A stretch of 64,000 bases of DNA from Elusimicrobiota bacterium (GTDB lineage Bacteria; Elusimicrobiota; Elusimicrobia; F11), in NCBI GenBank assembly GCA_046153645.1, contig JBJXGI010000056.1, positions 16,687 through 80,686 of the forward strand. The letters run 5' to 3'. The notes beneath the pieces were generated by a model. It did no database searches. It was given only the letters and a program-made list of their open reading frames with translations, and was not told the DNA's origin. Shown here one piece after another: positions 38,095 through 48,800 of this stretch. The translations under genes were made by a program, and so were the position numbers. The stretch's first letter is position 1. Each line of letters starts with the position of its first letter.

Positions 38095-39052
38095 TTTGAT
38101 CGGGGCTTTTGGAGATGTGGGAACGTTTGTTCCTCTATTTTCAAGTCTTGTTTTGGTTGTTGGTTTAAACCCTTTTCCTACGTTGTTTTGCGCTGGCTTT
38201 CTTTATGTGGCGGCAGCGATTTTTTTTAAGGTTCCCATTCCCGTTCAACCCTTAAAAACCATGGCGGCTTTGGTGATTGCCTCTCAATTTCCACTCCCAG
38301 TCGTCAAAGCGGCTGGTTTATTGATGGGTTTTGTATTAATTCTTGTCTCTTTGACCCGTGGTATTGAATGGGCTCAATTTTTGTTCCCGCCAGTGATCAT
38401 TAAAGGGGTTCAGTTTGGAGCGGGTCTCATCTTGATTAAAACCGGCATCACTATGTTTTTCTCTTTTACTATGGAGGTCCCTTCCGTTTTAAGGGCGGAT
38501 TATTTCCCTCAAGGTGAAGACTTTCTGAAAGCTTTTTTTGCCTTGGTTTTGCCGCAACTTCCCTTAACACTTGGAAATTCTCTCTTCGCCACCACGGATC
38601 TTTCTAAAGAATATTATGGAGAAAAAGCTCATCGGGTTTCGGTTCGTAATTTGGGCTTATCTTTGGGATGGGCCAATATTATAACGGGTTTCTTGGGTGG
38701 TTTTCCTCTGTGTCATGGATCTGGAGGGTTAACCGCACATCACCGATTTGGGGCTCGATCTTATAAATCAACATTTTTTTCAGGGATCCTATTTCTGTTT
38801 TTAGCCTTTTTTTCTTTGAAATATGGAATTGAATACCTAAAACATATCCCGACCTGGTTCTTGGGTGGTATGGTGATATACATCGGAATTTATCATGCGT
38901 TATTGCTAAAAAGTTTGAAGGCAAAAAAAGAACTGGCCGTTTTGATGGGGGTTTTAGGATTGTGGTCAGGCAATCTGGCACTTTCTCTCCTTATTGGAAT
39001 TTTCGTGTTATTGATGAGCCAAATTTATTCTAAATATTTTTCAGTGGCCTAG
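38051..39052 (+). CDS. MOT1-type molybdate transporter
   Basis: GAFGDVGTFVP, PIPVQPLK, PQLPLTLGNS, PLCHGSGGL..H.RFGAR; last gene of Moco cluster. Confidence 0.85.
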   Translation: MQKTILKKKLFPLGDLIGAFGDVGTFVPLFSSLVLVVGLNPFPTLFCAGFLYVAAAIFFKVPIPVQPLKTMAALVIASQFPLPVVKAAGLLMGFVLILVSLTRGIEWAQFLFPPVIIKGVQFGAGLILIKTGITMFFSFTMEVPSVLRADYFPQGEDFLKAFFALVLPQLPLTLGNSLFATTDLSKEYYGEKAHRVSVRNLGLSLGWANIITGFLGGFPLCHGSGGLTAHHRFGARSYKSTFFSGILFLFLAFFSLKYGIEYLKHIPTWFLGGMVIYIGIYHALLLKSLKAKKELAVLMGVLGLWSGNLALSLLIGIFVLLMSQIYSKYFSVA

Positions 39053-39097
39053 TTTATTCCTCGCTTTTTATCACGAATCTCAATAGAATCCATTTTA

Positions 39098-39895
39098 ATG
39101 GAAAAAATAATCCTCAAAGACAAAGTGATTGTTATCACCGGCGCTTCCACTGGTATTGGAAAAGAGTTGGCTTTTGAATATGCACGTCGAGGGGCTAAGG
39201 TTGTGTTAGCTGCCAGATCAATTCCTTTAATAGAAGAAAACGCTTCTCTCATTGTGAAATCAGGTGGGGAAGCTTTACCTATCGCAACGGACATTTCCCA
39301 AAGGGATCAGATGGAAAGTTTAATAAAAAAATCCTGGGATAAATTTGGGCGAGTGGACATGCTCATTTGTAATGCCGGTATTTCTCCAGCCAAAGGTTCT
39401 CTTCTTGAAAATGACGAAAAAGATATTCGAAACACAATGGAAGTTAATTTTATGGGAAGTGTTTATGGAATTCGAGCGGTGGTTCCTTATTTTGAAAAGC
39501 GTGGGGAAGGCCAGATTATTTTAGTTACTTCTATTATTGGAAAAAGAGGGATTCCGTTTAATTCAGCTTACTGCGCTTCTAAGTTTGCTCTCCAGGGTTT
39601 AGCCGAATCCATTCGCCCGGAACTTATGGTTAAAAATATTCATTTGATGACAGTTTGTCCGGCAGGGGTTGATACACCCTTCTACTCTAATAATGGAAAA
39701 TCGGAAAATAGAGAATACAAGCTCCATTCTCCGGAAAAGATCGCTAGAATGATTGTAAATGCTTGTGAGAAAAAAGAACGTGAGTTATTGCCAACCTTTG
39801 ATGCGAAGTTGTTGTATTGGGGAAATGTCTATTTCCCTAAATTTATGGATAAAATGATATTCAAAGTCAAAAAAGTGGGGGGAAAAATTAAATGA
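39098..39895 (+). CDS. Short-chain dehydrogenase/reductase
   Basis: TGASTGIG, NAG, YCASK. Confidence 0.93.
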   Translation: MEKIILKDKVIVITGASTGIGKELAFEYARRGAKVVLAARSIPLIEENASLIVKSGGEALPIATDISQRDQMESLIKKSWDKFGRVDMLICNAGISPAKGSLLENDEKDIRNTMEVNFMGSVYGIRAVVPYFEKRGEGQIILVTSIIGKRGIPFNSAYCASKFALQGLAESIRPELMVKNIHLMTVCPAGVDTPFYSNNGKSENREYKLHSPEKIARMIVNACEKKERELLPTFDAKLLYWGNVYFPKFMDKMIFKVKKVGGKIK

Positions 39896-40452
39896 AATTT
39901 ATAATAGGGTCTATTTTAGGAGCAGTGGTGTTGTTTTTCTGGGGTACACTTTCTTGGATGGTCCTTCCGCTTCATAACAAAGCGCTTAAACCTCTTCCTC
40001 AGGAAAGACTGATTCGGGATACCATTAAAACAGTGGTTAAAGAGCCAGGTGTTTATTTTTTCCCTTCAGGAATAGATTCTGATGGCAATAAGCTTGATCA
40101 GAGTGTGCTTCAAGAGTCCATGCGACAAGGCCCCAATGGTTTTATGGCCTTAAATATAAATGATGGGGGAATGAATGGGAAAACATTTCTTATTAGTTTT
40201 TTGACAGGGCTTATAACCGCTGCTTTATGTTTATGGGTTTTATTTCGCATGAAAGATTCCGTGAAGACATATTTCACTCGTGTGGCGGCGGTTGTCACGA
40301 TTGGGTTTATTGGCTGGGTTTCTTTTGAAATTCCTTATTGGAATTGGTTCTTTTTCTCGACCGCCCACACATTTGCTGCGTTTATAGATGCGATTGTCGG
40401 TTTTGGACTTTTGGGTTTGGTCATAGCTAAATTTGTACCTGAGGAAAACTAA
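39892..40452 (+). CDS. Hypothetical membrane protein (about 4 TM)
   Basis: Hydrophobic segments, GVYFFP motif; ATGA overlap with SDR. Confidence 0.75.
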   Translation: MKFIIGSILGAVVLFFWGTLSWMVLPLHNKALKPLPQERLIRDTIKTVVKEPGVYFFPSGIDSDGNKLDQSVLQESMRQGPNGFMALNINDGGMNGKTFLISFLTGLITAALCLWVLFRMKDSVKTYFTRVAAVVTIGFIGWVSFEIPYWNWFFFSTAHTFAAFIDAIVGFGLLGLVIAKFVPEEN

Positions 40453-41008
40453 ATTGAATAAAAAATCTGGGAAATCAATAAAAAAATCTAGGTTTAAACA
40501 GGCGCCGGTGGCCGATCCTTTTCGGGATTCGGTAACAGGTTTATATAGTCTTGAATTATTACGCCAGCGAATAAAAGAGGTTATGGCTAAGTCAAACCGG
40601 AGCCACGAAAAATGGGCGCTTATTCTATGGGATATAGATGGGTTTATTTCTTTTAATAATAAGTTTGGGCGATCGAGTGGCGATCTATTATTGAAAAAAG
40701 TGGGGGAAAGCATTCGCGCTTCTTTGCGAGAATATGACGAAGCCTTTCGTGGTGAAACAGACGAATTTTATGCGATTGTTCAACCATCCAGCCCTGAATC
40801 GGCTCAGCAAATTATCTCACGTGTTTCAGATACGGTATCGCGCAATCTCTTTGATAAAAACACAGAATATGCTGACCATTCTTTTTCGCTGTCCGCCGGA
40901 GTGGTTTTTTATCCAGGAGAAAATTCTATTCCTGAGGCTCTTATTCACGCCGCCCATCAAGATATGTATGCAAAGCAGCGAGATTTGAAGAGCAAAAATA
41001 TTAAATAA
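40433..41008 (+). CDS. GGDEF-domain protein with degenerate active site
   Basis: DSVTGLY, DIDGF..FNNKFG...GDLLL, RGETDEF in place of RxGGDEF, SLSAG, A..DMY..K. Confidence 0.85.
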   Translation: MYLRKTKLNKKSGKSIKKSRFKQAPVADPFRDSVTGLYSLELLRQRIKEVMAKSNRSHEKWALILWDIDGFISFNNKFGRSSGDLLLKKVGESIRASLREYDEAFRGETDEFYAIVQPSSPESAQQIISRVSDTVSRNLFDKNTEYADHSFSLSAGVVFYPGENSIPEALIHAAHQDMYAKQRDLKSKNIK

Positions 41009-41017
41009 AGAAATAAG

Positions 41018-41046
41018 TTGACATACCTACATAAGTAGTGTATTTT
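41018..41046 (+). promoter_or_regulatory. lexA promoter with palindrome in the spacer
   Basis: TTGACA (41018-41023), 17 bp, TATTTT (41041-41046); CTAC-ATAA-GTAG at 41027-41038. Confidence 0.65.
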
Positions 41047-41053
41047 GCTGCTT

Positions 41054-41647
41054 ATGGAGAAAATACCCCTCACACCTAAACAACAGGCGATATTTGAGTT
41101 CATTCAATCTTATATCGATGAAAATCAAATTCCCCCTTCGCTCCGAGACATCGGAAAACATTTTGATGTTTCGGTTGGCACCGTACAAGATCAGGTAGAA
41201 GCCATTCAACGCAAAGGTTACCTTGATAAAACCCAAACCAAAGCTCGGTCGCTTAAACTCCCTACGCTTTCCGGTTTTCTTCCTATTTTGGGGCGGGTTC
41301 ATGCGGGGCCCTTACATGCCGCTATTGAAAATGTAGAGGGTCATGTTCCAGTAGGGAAAAATCTAAACATATCGCACCATTTTGCATTAAAGATCAAAGG
41401 CGATTCCATGGTTGACGCCGGAATTCAAGAGGGTGATATTGTTTTAGTTAGGTCTCAGCGTTATGCCAATGCGGGTGATATTGTGGTGGCAATGATTGAA
41501 GATGAAGCGACGGTAAAACGATACAAAGTTTCTAAAGAGGGGCCTTATCTCCAACCAGAAAATCCTAAATATGAACCCATTAAAGACACACCTTTTGATG
41601 TTGTAGGAATTGTCATTGAACTTCGTAGGTCATTTAACAGGAGCTAA
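41054..41647 (+). CDS. lexA: SOS repressor LexA
   Basis: LTPKQQAIFEFI, PPSLRDIG, AG cleavage site (VHAG), GDSM, ATVKR. Confidence 0.95.
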   Translation: MEKIPLTPKQQAIFEFIQSYIDENQIPPSLRDIGKHFDVSVGTVQDQVEAIQRKGYLDKTQTKARSLKLPTLSGFLPILGRVHAGPLHAAIENVEGHVPVGKNLNISHHFALKIKGDSMVDAGIQEGDIVLVRSQRYANAGDIVVAMIEDEATVKRYKVSKEGPYLQPENPKYEPIKDTPFDVVGIVIELRRSFNRS

Positions 41648-41650
41648 TAT

Positions 41651-42373
41651 ATGAATACACTTATTCAACAAAGAGAAAGTTTAACTCTGGATAGAATTCT
41701 AAATGCAGGCCCAGTTAATCGCGGAGTGTACTTGGTAGATAGTCAAGGGAATCTAAATAATGAAATTATGAATAAGTTAATCGATATATTTGAGATTGAT
41801 TCAACTGAAACTCCCAGTAGAGCACGATTGGTAGCCGGGTTTTCTAATGCCTCGTCTTTTCATCGTCGGCCTTCACGAGTGGGGCAGGTTATTTGGATTG
41901 ATTTGGCAAAAACTTATAACCCTATTTTATTGGCAACCAAAGCACGCGAAAGAGGGCTTGATCCTGTTCGAATTATTCGAGCCATCAGATATTGTCGGCC
42001 TACAAATGAAGATCAGTTAGATCAATTTTTAATAAGTATTCCTAAACCTTCCCTGTGGGCATTTCCTGATAATAAAGAATTTAATGCCCCAACCTATTTT
42101 ATGAGAGAGTCATTGACTGGTATTTCAAAAGAAGCCCCCAATGCTTTGTGGTGGACTCCGCTTGTTATTGTTTCTGGAATTGAGAAGTATTTGTCTCAGT
42201 TTGTTGAAATTGAAGGGGAACTTATTCGACAAGAAGATTCTCTTCGAAGAAAATTACAGGTTCTTAAAAACCGAGCTATTGTTGTGGCTTTGGTAAATCA
42301 ATCGCCACTCATGCTAAAAAAAAGGTGGGAGTTAACTGCAGCTTTTTCGACAGTTGAAGCGTTAGCGGTATAA
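41651..42373 (+). CDS. Hypothetical protein with degenerate RecA/Rad51-like segment
   Basis: VIWID...YNP...ARERGLDP..I..I...RP....QL resembles the Rad51/RadB core; no Walker A; 3 bp after lexA. Confidence 0.55.
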   Translation: MNTLIQQRESLTLDRILNAGPVNRGVYLVDSQGNLNNEIMNKLIDIFEIDSTETPSRARLVAGFSNASSFHRRPSRVGQVIWIDLAKTYNPILLATKARERGLDPVRIIRAIRYCRPTNEDQLDQFLISIPKPSLWAFPDNKEFNAPTYFMRESLTGISKEAPNALWWTPLVIVSGIEKYLSQFVEIEGELIRQEDSLRRKLQVLKNRAIVVALVNQSPLMLKKRWELTAAFSTVEALAV

Positions 42374-42378
42374 AATTT

Positions 42379-42445
42379 TCAACAGCACTCTGCTTGTTCT
42401 TTTGTCTCGCGAGGGAGGTCAAAAGGCAAGCAGAGAAGCAGTTGA
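42379..42445. terminator. Long hairpin between convergent genes
   Basis: TCAAC/GTTGA, CTCTGCTTG/CAAGCAGAG, CTTTTG/CAAAAG nested arms; no clear U-tract. Confidence 0.55.
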
Positions 42446-42832
42446 TTATCTGAAAATTTTATTGATGAATCCAGTTTTGGTGGGTTGTTTGTTTTGTAGT
42501 AAGCGAAGTATTCTATGATCTCTTTCTTTAATTTCTTCTTTTAAGCGGTTGTTTTCTCGTTCCTTCCATTGAATTTGTTGTTTTAGTTTTTCAATAATCA
42601 TCAGCACATGATTACGCCATTCTTTTATTTTTCGTTCATACGTAACCCATTTGTCTCGATCTCCTTCATATTTGTTACGAAGGGTATCCAGCTCAAATTG
42701 TATGCGATCGGATTCGCTAATTATTCCCGATTTCAGTACGCTTGTTTGCTTGTTAGAATGCGTTTGCGTACTTTCATCTGTGTGCGAATGCGCTGTTGAT
42801 GTATCGTCCGTAAAAGGACCATTCATAGACAT
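42446..42832 (-). CDS. Hypothetical coiled-coil protein
   Basis: 128-aa ORF with GGAG SD, heptad-rich core and GFINKIFR amphipathic C-terminus. Confidence 0.7.
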   Translation of the reverse strand: MSMNGPFTDDTSTAHSHTDESTQTHSNKQTSVLKSGIISESDRIQFELDTLRNKYEGDRDKWVTYERKIKEWRNHVLMIIEKLKQQIQWKERENNRLKEEIKERDHRILRLLQNKQPTKTGFINKIFR

Positions 42833-42966
42833 CTTTTATTCTCCGGGGTTGTGATGTCGCCCTGATTTTTCCATATTTTTTCGTTTTGTGACAGTTATTC
42901 GTTAACTTACATGCAACGTCTGTGCCTATAGAGCTTGTGGTTTAATAAACAAGTTGATTATTAGAG

Positions 42967-45894
42967 GTGTTTTGGATACTTATGCTGAATGTTTTTTCTT
43001 CATCTTCCTATAAAAATCTTGAAAAGAAGCTAATTTCACGAATTTCTCAGCTTCAAGATGGTTCCTGGCAAAAAGTTTGTGTTGTTGTTCCTACCGCTAG
43101 AATGTTGAATTATCTCACTGTTCTTCTGTCTCATCATTCAAGTGGATTTATAAATATCCAGCTATATACGTTCTCATCTTTTGTTGATGAAATTTTTTCA
43201 AACGAAGTTAATTGCCCCAAACCTATTTTTTCCGATTCCCATTTTTATGACAATTTGGTCAAAGACATATTAAGAGAAGACCGTCCTTTTAGTAATTTCG
43301 AAGATCTTGCCGTGCCAGATGGTTTTCCTCCGAGTGTTCGTTCAACGTTGAGAGATCTCATTGACGCGGGAATAGAGCCGGATAAGTTAGGAGAAGCTTT
43401 AAGAGAACATAATGAATTTGCGTTAGCCGATGTTGATGTAGGAAATTTATTACAACTGATGCAGCTTTACCGTTTGTATTTAAGGAGAATAGGCGCTCTT
43501 CCTGTGTTGCCTAGGTCTGAGGTATTGCCTCTTGTTATTCAACAGTTAAAAGAATCGGAAATTATTGGATCCTTAAAAGAAATTATTTTTTATGGTTTTT
43601 ATGATATGACTGGGTTACAGTCCGATTTTTTAACGCAGATTTCCTCAAGTGCTCCTTGTTCATTTTTTCTGCCCTTTGACAAATTAGATTCTGATTTTCA
43701 ATTTTCCGGAAGGTTTCGTATTGAGGTATTACAGAAAATTCCTCATGAAGAAACTTTTTTAGACGAAATCAAATCACCCCTCATTTATAGGCTTGAGCAA
43801 TCTTCAACCCCTACTCTTTTTAAATCATTTATTCGCTCCGATGAGAAACAAGTGTATTCTTTTAGCGTTTCTGGAATTCAAGATGAAATTTGGGCCCTAT
43901 CAACTGAAATTTGGCGATTGCATGATCAGGAAAAAATACCGTTCTATAAAATGGCCATTATTTCCCGTTCGGAGTTAAGACTTAATGGTTTGGCAGGGTT
44001 TTTGGAGACTGTTCATATTCCTTTTAATTCAACCGGGAAGTCCTCCTTTGTCATAACCCCTCAATTCGCTTTACTTGATCGTTTATTTAAAACCCTGCAA
44101 CTAAAAGATGTCTTAAGAAGAGAAAATGAACTCAAAGAGCTGCTCCCCCTTGATTTTCCAGAAAAAGAGGTTTTATCTATTCCTGCTTATGGAACTTGGA
44201 ATGATTACATTGTTGTTTTAGAGCCTTATGTTGAAAAATTAAAAATTTCCCAGAGTAAAAAGGTTTCGCCTATTTGGGATTTGGTTATTTCTGAAATTGA
44301 ACAACTGCGGTGTTATCGATTAATTAAAAATAATGTTTCTTGGGAAGAATTTCTTCAGACAGCGCTTGATCGTTTTAAAATATTAACTCTTCCAAAAAAG
44401 AAACAGCATGATTTAGGTGTTTCACTCCTCCACGCTGAAGCCGCGAGAGGGCTTTCTTTTGATGTGGTGTTTATGGTTGGTTTAGAAGAGAAAAATTTCC
44501 CAAGAGCCATTCGAGAGGATCCTTTTTTACGTGATAATGCCAGAACCGTTATTTTTAATACTTTAGGCCATAAAATAGGCGCCAAAATGAACGCTGTTGA
44601 AGAAGAGCGACTGTTGTTTCGCATCCTAAAGGATTCTGCTCAAAAATTTTTATATTTTTCTTTTCAACGAACAGACGATGATGGGAAAATTGTAGGTGTC
44701 TCTCCTTTCTTGAGATCTTTTTACAAAGATCTCGGTTTTGAATTAGATGATGTCGTTAATTTAATTCCACGTCCGTTGATTGAAAAATTGAAGGTAACAT
44801 CATTTGAATTTTTAGATAAACGAAAATTATTAATGGCTTATTTGTATTTAGATGATAAAAAAGCCGGTGAATTCTGGAAAGAAATGCAATTGCCAATACT
44901 TAACCTTGGTTCTTCTTTGCATATGATTAAGTCTTTGGAATCTTTCTCAGCTTCCCATGAGTATGATGCCGTGTTCAAAGAAGGGTTTAATGCTGATTAT
45001 GTTTATCAAAATGGATTATCCGCGACTTCTTTGGAGCGATTTGGTCGCTGCCCATTCCAATTTTTTATTTCAGACGTGCTCAAATTGTCGCGTGTTGAAA
45101 GTATTGAGACTTTGGAGTTGTTAGAGGCAAAAATTCAAGGGAAAATTGTCCATTATTTTTTTCAGTTTTTCTTTGAGCGATTCGCAGGTAAAAAAGTTGA
45201 AAAAGATTTTAATTTTGATGTTTTTTTTCAACATTGTTTTTCAGAAACAATTGATAAAACAAAAATTAATATTTATCCCCTTCTATGGAAATCAATAAAA
45301 ACCCGGTTGTTTGAAGATTTGTTGGCCGCTTTTCGAACTTTATCTGAGGATCTAAACCAAAGACAATTAATTCCGACTTATTTTGAAAAGAGTTTTGAAA
45401 CATCTCAGTTGCCTTCGCCCTTAAATAACATCAAATGGCGTGGTGTTATGGACCGAGTCGATATGTCTTCAAAAGAAGTTCGTATTTTGGATTACAAAAC
45501 GGGCAAACGCCCTAAACGAGATAGTGATATTTTGAAATCGGTCTTAACTCTTGAAAAAGCCCAAGCTTCTTTATATTTACTTCTTGTTGAGCAGTATTTT
45601 AAAGATGAGAAGATGGATATGAAAGAATTATCTTTCACGTATTTCTTTATTAAAGATGGCACTTCATTTTGGAATTTTACTTATGAACAGTGGCATGAAA
45701 ATAGAGAAGAGCTCATTAAGAAAATAAACAATCGAGTTGGCCTAATTAAGAAAGGTTTTTTTCCGCTTATTCCTAGTCATGCCTGTGACTATTGTGATGT
45801 AAAACAAGTTTGTCGAGTGAACGACAGTATTTCGAATTACCGAGTATCACAAACATTACCAGTTGAATTTTTAGGTGAGGGGGAAGGTCAGTGA
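42967..45894 (+). CDS. addB: AddB/RexB-like inactive helicase-nuclease subunit
   Basis: VVVPT, ARGLSFD.VF..GL.E..FP, EERLLF, SATSLE.F..CPFQFF, G.MDRVD, DYKTG, CDYC...C Fe-S staple. Confidence 0.88.
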   Translation: MFWILMLNVFSSSSYKNLEKKLISRISQLQDGSWQKVCVVVPTARMLNYLTVLLSHHSSGFINIQLYTFSSFVDEIFSNEVNCPKPIFSDSHFYDNLVKDILREDRPFSNFEDLAVPDGFPPSVRSTLRDLIDAGIEPDKLGEALREHNEFALADVDVGNLLQLMQLYRLYLRRIGALPVLPRSEVLPLVIQQLKESEIIGSLKEIIFYGFYDMTGLQSDFLTQISSSAPCSFFLPFDKLDSDFQFSGRFRIEVLQKIPHEETFLDEIKSPLIYRLEQSSTPTLFKSFIRSDEKQVYSFSVSGIQDEIWALSTEIWRLHDQEKIPFYKMAIISRSELRLNGLAGFLETVHIPFNSTGKSSFVITPQFALLDRLFKTLQLKDVLRRENELKELLPLDFPEKEVLSIPAYGTWNDYIVVLEPYVEKLKISQSKKVSPIWDLVISEIEQLRCYRLIKNNVSWEEFLQTALDRFKILTLPKKKQHDLGVSLLHAEAARGLSFDVVFMVGLEEKNFPRAIREDPFLRDNARTVIFNTLGHKIGAKMNAVEEERLLFRILKDSAQKFLYFSFQRTDDDGKIVGVSPFLRSFYKDLGFELDDVVNLIPRPLIEKLKVTSFEFLDKRKLLMAYLYLDDKKAGEFWKEMQLPILNLGSSLHMIKSLESFSASHEYDAVFKEGFNADYVYQNGLSATSLERFGRCPFQFFISDVLKLSRVESIETLELLEAKIQGKIVHYFFQFFFERFAGKKVEKDFNFDVFFQHCFSETIDKTKINIYPLLWKSIKTRLFEDLLAAFRTLSEDLNQRQLIPTYFEKSFETSQLPSPLNNIKWRGVMDRVDMSSKEVRILDYKTGKRPKRDSDILKSVLTLEKAQASLYLLLVEQYFKDEKMDMKELSFTYFFIKDGTSFWNFTYEQWHENREELIKKINNRVGLIKKGFFPLIPSHACDYCDVKQVCRVNDSISNYRVSQTLPVEFLGEGEGQ

Positions 45895-48800
45895 AAATAG
45901 TTATTGACCAGCTTGATCGAGATCGGATTATTTCATCTTTGGATGAAAACGTGATTGTAATGGCAGGTGCTGGAACAGGGAAAACCACGTTACTCATTGG
46001 TCGTTTATTAGAGTTGATTTTTGTTAAGCAGATTCCCGTCGAAAAAATTGTGGCTCTAACTTTTACTAGAAAAGCCGCAGAAGAACTGCGCGAACGCCTA
46101 GAAGATCGTTTGCGGGATATTGTTGAAAATCCTGTAAAGTACGGCGACCCTGAGAAAGTTATTAAACTTGCCGAAAAAGCACTCTTCGATATTCCAAAAT
46201 CTCAAATCGGCACAATTCACGGTTTTGCCGGGCATCTCTTGCGCCTTTATCCACTTCAAGCAGGTGTGGACCCTTCTTTTCGAGAAGATGAAGGTGATGG
46301 ATTTCACCTGTTGTTTGAATCTCTTTGGAAGGAATGGCTTTATGTCGAATTGGGCGAAAATGCGCCTCGCCAGGAACAGTGGTTTAAGATGTTAAATGAA
46401 ATGGGAATGGATGATATTAAGCTTTTTGCCAAGAATATGGCTTCTTTTTCGGATGATATGTCTGACTCTTTAAAGGCAAGTGAATTTAAAAATATCTTCA
46501 TTCCGATATTTTCTCAATTAAAAGAATTAAAAAATCGGATGGGACTTCCCAAAAAATCTTCTGGGTTTTCAGAAAGGTTTGAATTAATAGAAAAAACTTT
46601 ATCGCAGCTAATCAATGAAGGGAAATTTACAAAAGATTCGGTAGAGCAGATAAGTAACTTAAGTGATTATGTTCCAAAAGAATGGCAAGAAGATGAAGAT
46701 GCTCCCATCGTTTATAAAAAAGCTCTTCGGCTTTTAAAAAAAGCATTATTGGTTAACGATAAGATTTTTTATGAATTAAATGATTTATTAACTCCGTTTA
46801 TTAATCAGGTGCGAAAAAAACTGTCGCAACAAGGAATCATTCCTTTTGATTCTATTCTCATGTTTACCCGTAATTTATTAAGAGATCATTTGTTAGTGCG
46901 AGAAGCGCTTAAAAAACAATATGTCACTTTTTTAATTGATGAATTTCAAGATACTGACCCTCTTCAAGGAGAAATCTTATTTTATTTAGCTGAAGTGAAA
47001 GGAAAATCCGCTTTGAATTGGAGACAAGTTCAATTAGAGCCCGGGCGTCTTTTTGTTGTGGGTGATCCCAAACAATCCATCTATCGTTTTAGAGGGGCTG
47101 ATATTGCCGCTTTTGAAGATTTTTGGAATTTAATGCGAGATCAAGGGGCTTATGAAGCCATACTAAAGGCCAATTTTAGGAGTGAGCCCCAAATTATTTC
47201 CGCGGTTAATCAAATTTTTTCAATCGGGATGGTAGAAAGTTCTCTTATTCAGCCAAAGTATGAAGAACTAACATCGCATCTTGATGGCACCCTTGAAACG
47301 GCCTGTGAAATTTTTTATTTGCAGTCTCAAAGTGACTCAAGTTTATCTGCTTCTCAACAAAGAGAAGTTGAAGCCGATGCCATGGCTAGGTGGATTCATG
47401 AATGGGTCGGTAAAAAGTGCGGAGAAAGAATTCTAGAATACCGAGATATTGCTTTTTTGCTTCGAGGTTCTCACGCCTTTTTTCCTTATTTAGAAGCTTT
47501 CCGCCGATATGGTATTCCTTATTTAACAGAGGGAGAAAAAACTTTTTATCAGCGGCCTGAAGTAACTGAGATGTTTAACCTTCTATCAGCAATTCTTAAT
47601 CCTGAAGATACTTTGGCTCTGGTTGGTGTGATGAGGTCTCCCCTCGGAGGGTTTACTGATGCTGAAATATTTGAATTAAAAAAATCTAACTCGCTGGATT
47701 ATCGAAGAAAATCAATTGTTTTAAAAGAGAAGACTGGTTTTTTATTTGAAGCTCTTAAAGAGTTAAATGAATGTTGTCTTGATGATCCCTTAGGTGATTT
47801 TATTGAAAAAGTTTTTGCTCGATTACCTGTTTTAGAGATTAATTTCAAACGCCACGATGGAGATCAGAGCATCGCCAATGTCCTTAAAATTAAACGAATG
47901 GCAATGGATTGGCTTGAAAAAGAAAGTTTGACCTTAAAAGAATTTGTCGAACGTCTCCGCGATCATCGAGAAGATGAGCGTGAGGAAGGTGAAAACCCAT
48001 TGGCTGATGCCCAGTTTAATGCCGTTAAAATTATGACCATTCACAAAGCAAAAGGTTTGGAGTTCCCTGTCGTGTTTCTCCCTAATTTATCGGCGAGTTT
48101 GGCTTCTTCTAAACAAATAAAACCCCAAAAAATATTCGATTGGAGGACACAGAAGTTAGGTGTTCGTTTGCCTTCTTCTGGGATGATTAATTCTTCTATG
48201 CTTATTCTTGAGGAAGAACTTGAAATGAAAGAAAAAGCAGAAGAAGTAAGAGTTTTTTATGTCGCTCTTACGCGCGCTAAAAATAAACTTATGTTAGGGC
48301 TTAAAGAAAAATCGCGAGGAATTCCTCCTTATGTGAGTATTCTTAAAGGCGGAAAATTTTGGCCTCATGAATCTAAAGATTTTTTGTTAAAAGACCAGAG
48401 TTGTATTACGGTTCAAATTTTAGAGGAAAAACGCCCCAAACCATTTAAAAAATCAAAAGATTTATTTGAAATCAACCATGCTTTGTCTCCCTCGTCTTTA
48501 GCAGAGAAAATGAGTAAAAGAGAAAGTGATTTCGAAAAGCTCTTGGTCAAAAAACTTATTATTTCGCCCAGTTTTAAAATGAGTGAATCCGATTCGAAAT
48601 TGGATGATAGTGCCATGTTTTTTTATGGAAATGAAAATCGTGTTTCACCTGAGCAATCAATCTTAATTGGGCATATTTGTCATAAAGTTCTTGAGAAATG
48701 GGATTTTCAAATTCTCAAAGCGGTGCATGAAGTTTTAAAGAAACACATCTATCAAGCGGCACACTATTTTGATTTCAATCCAGATAATAAAGAATATGAA

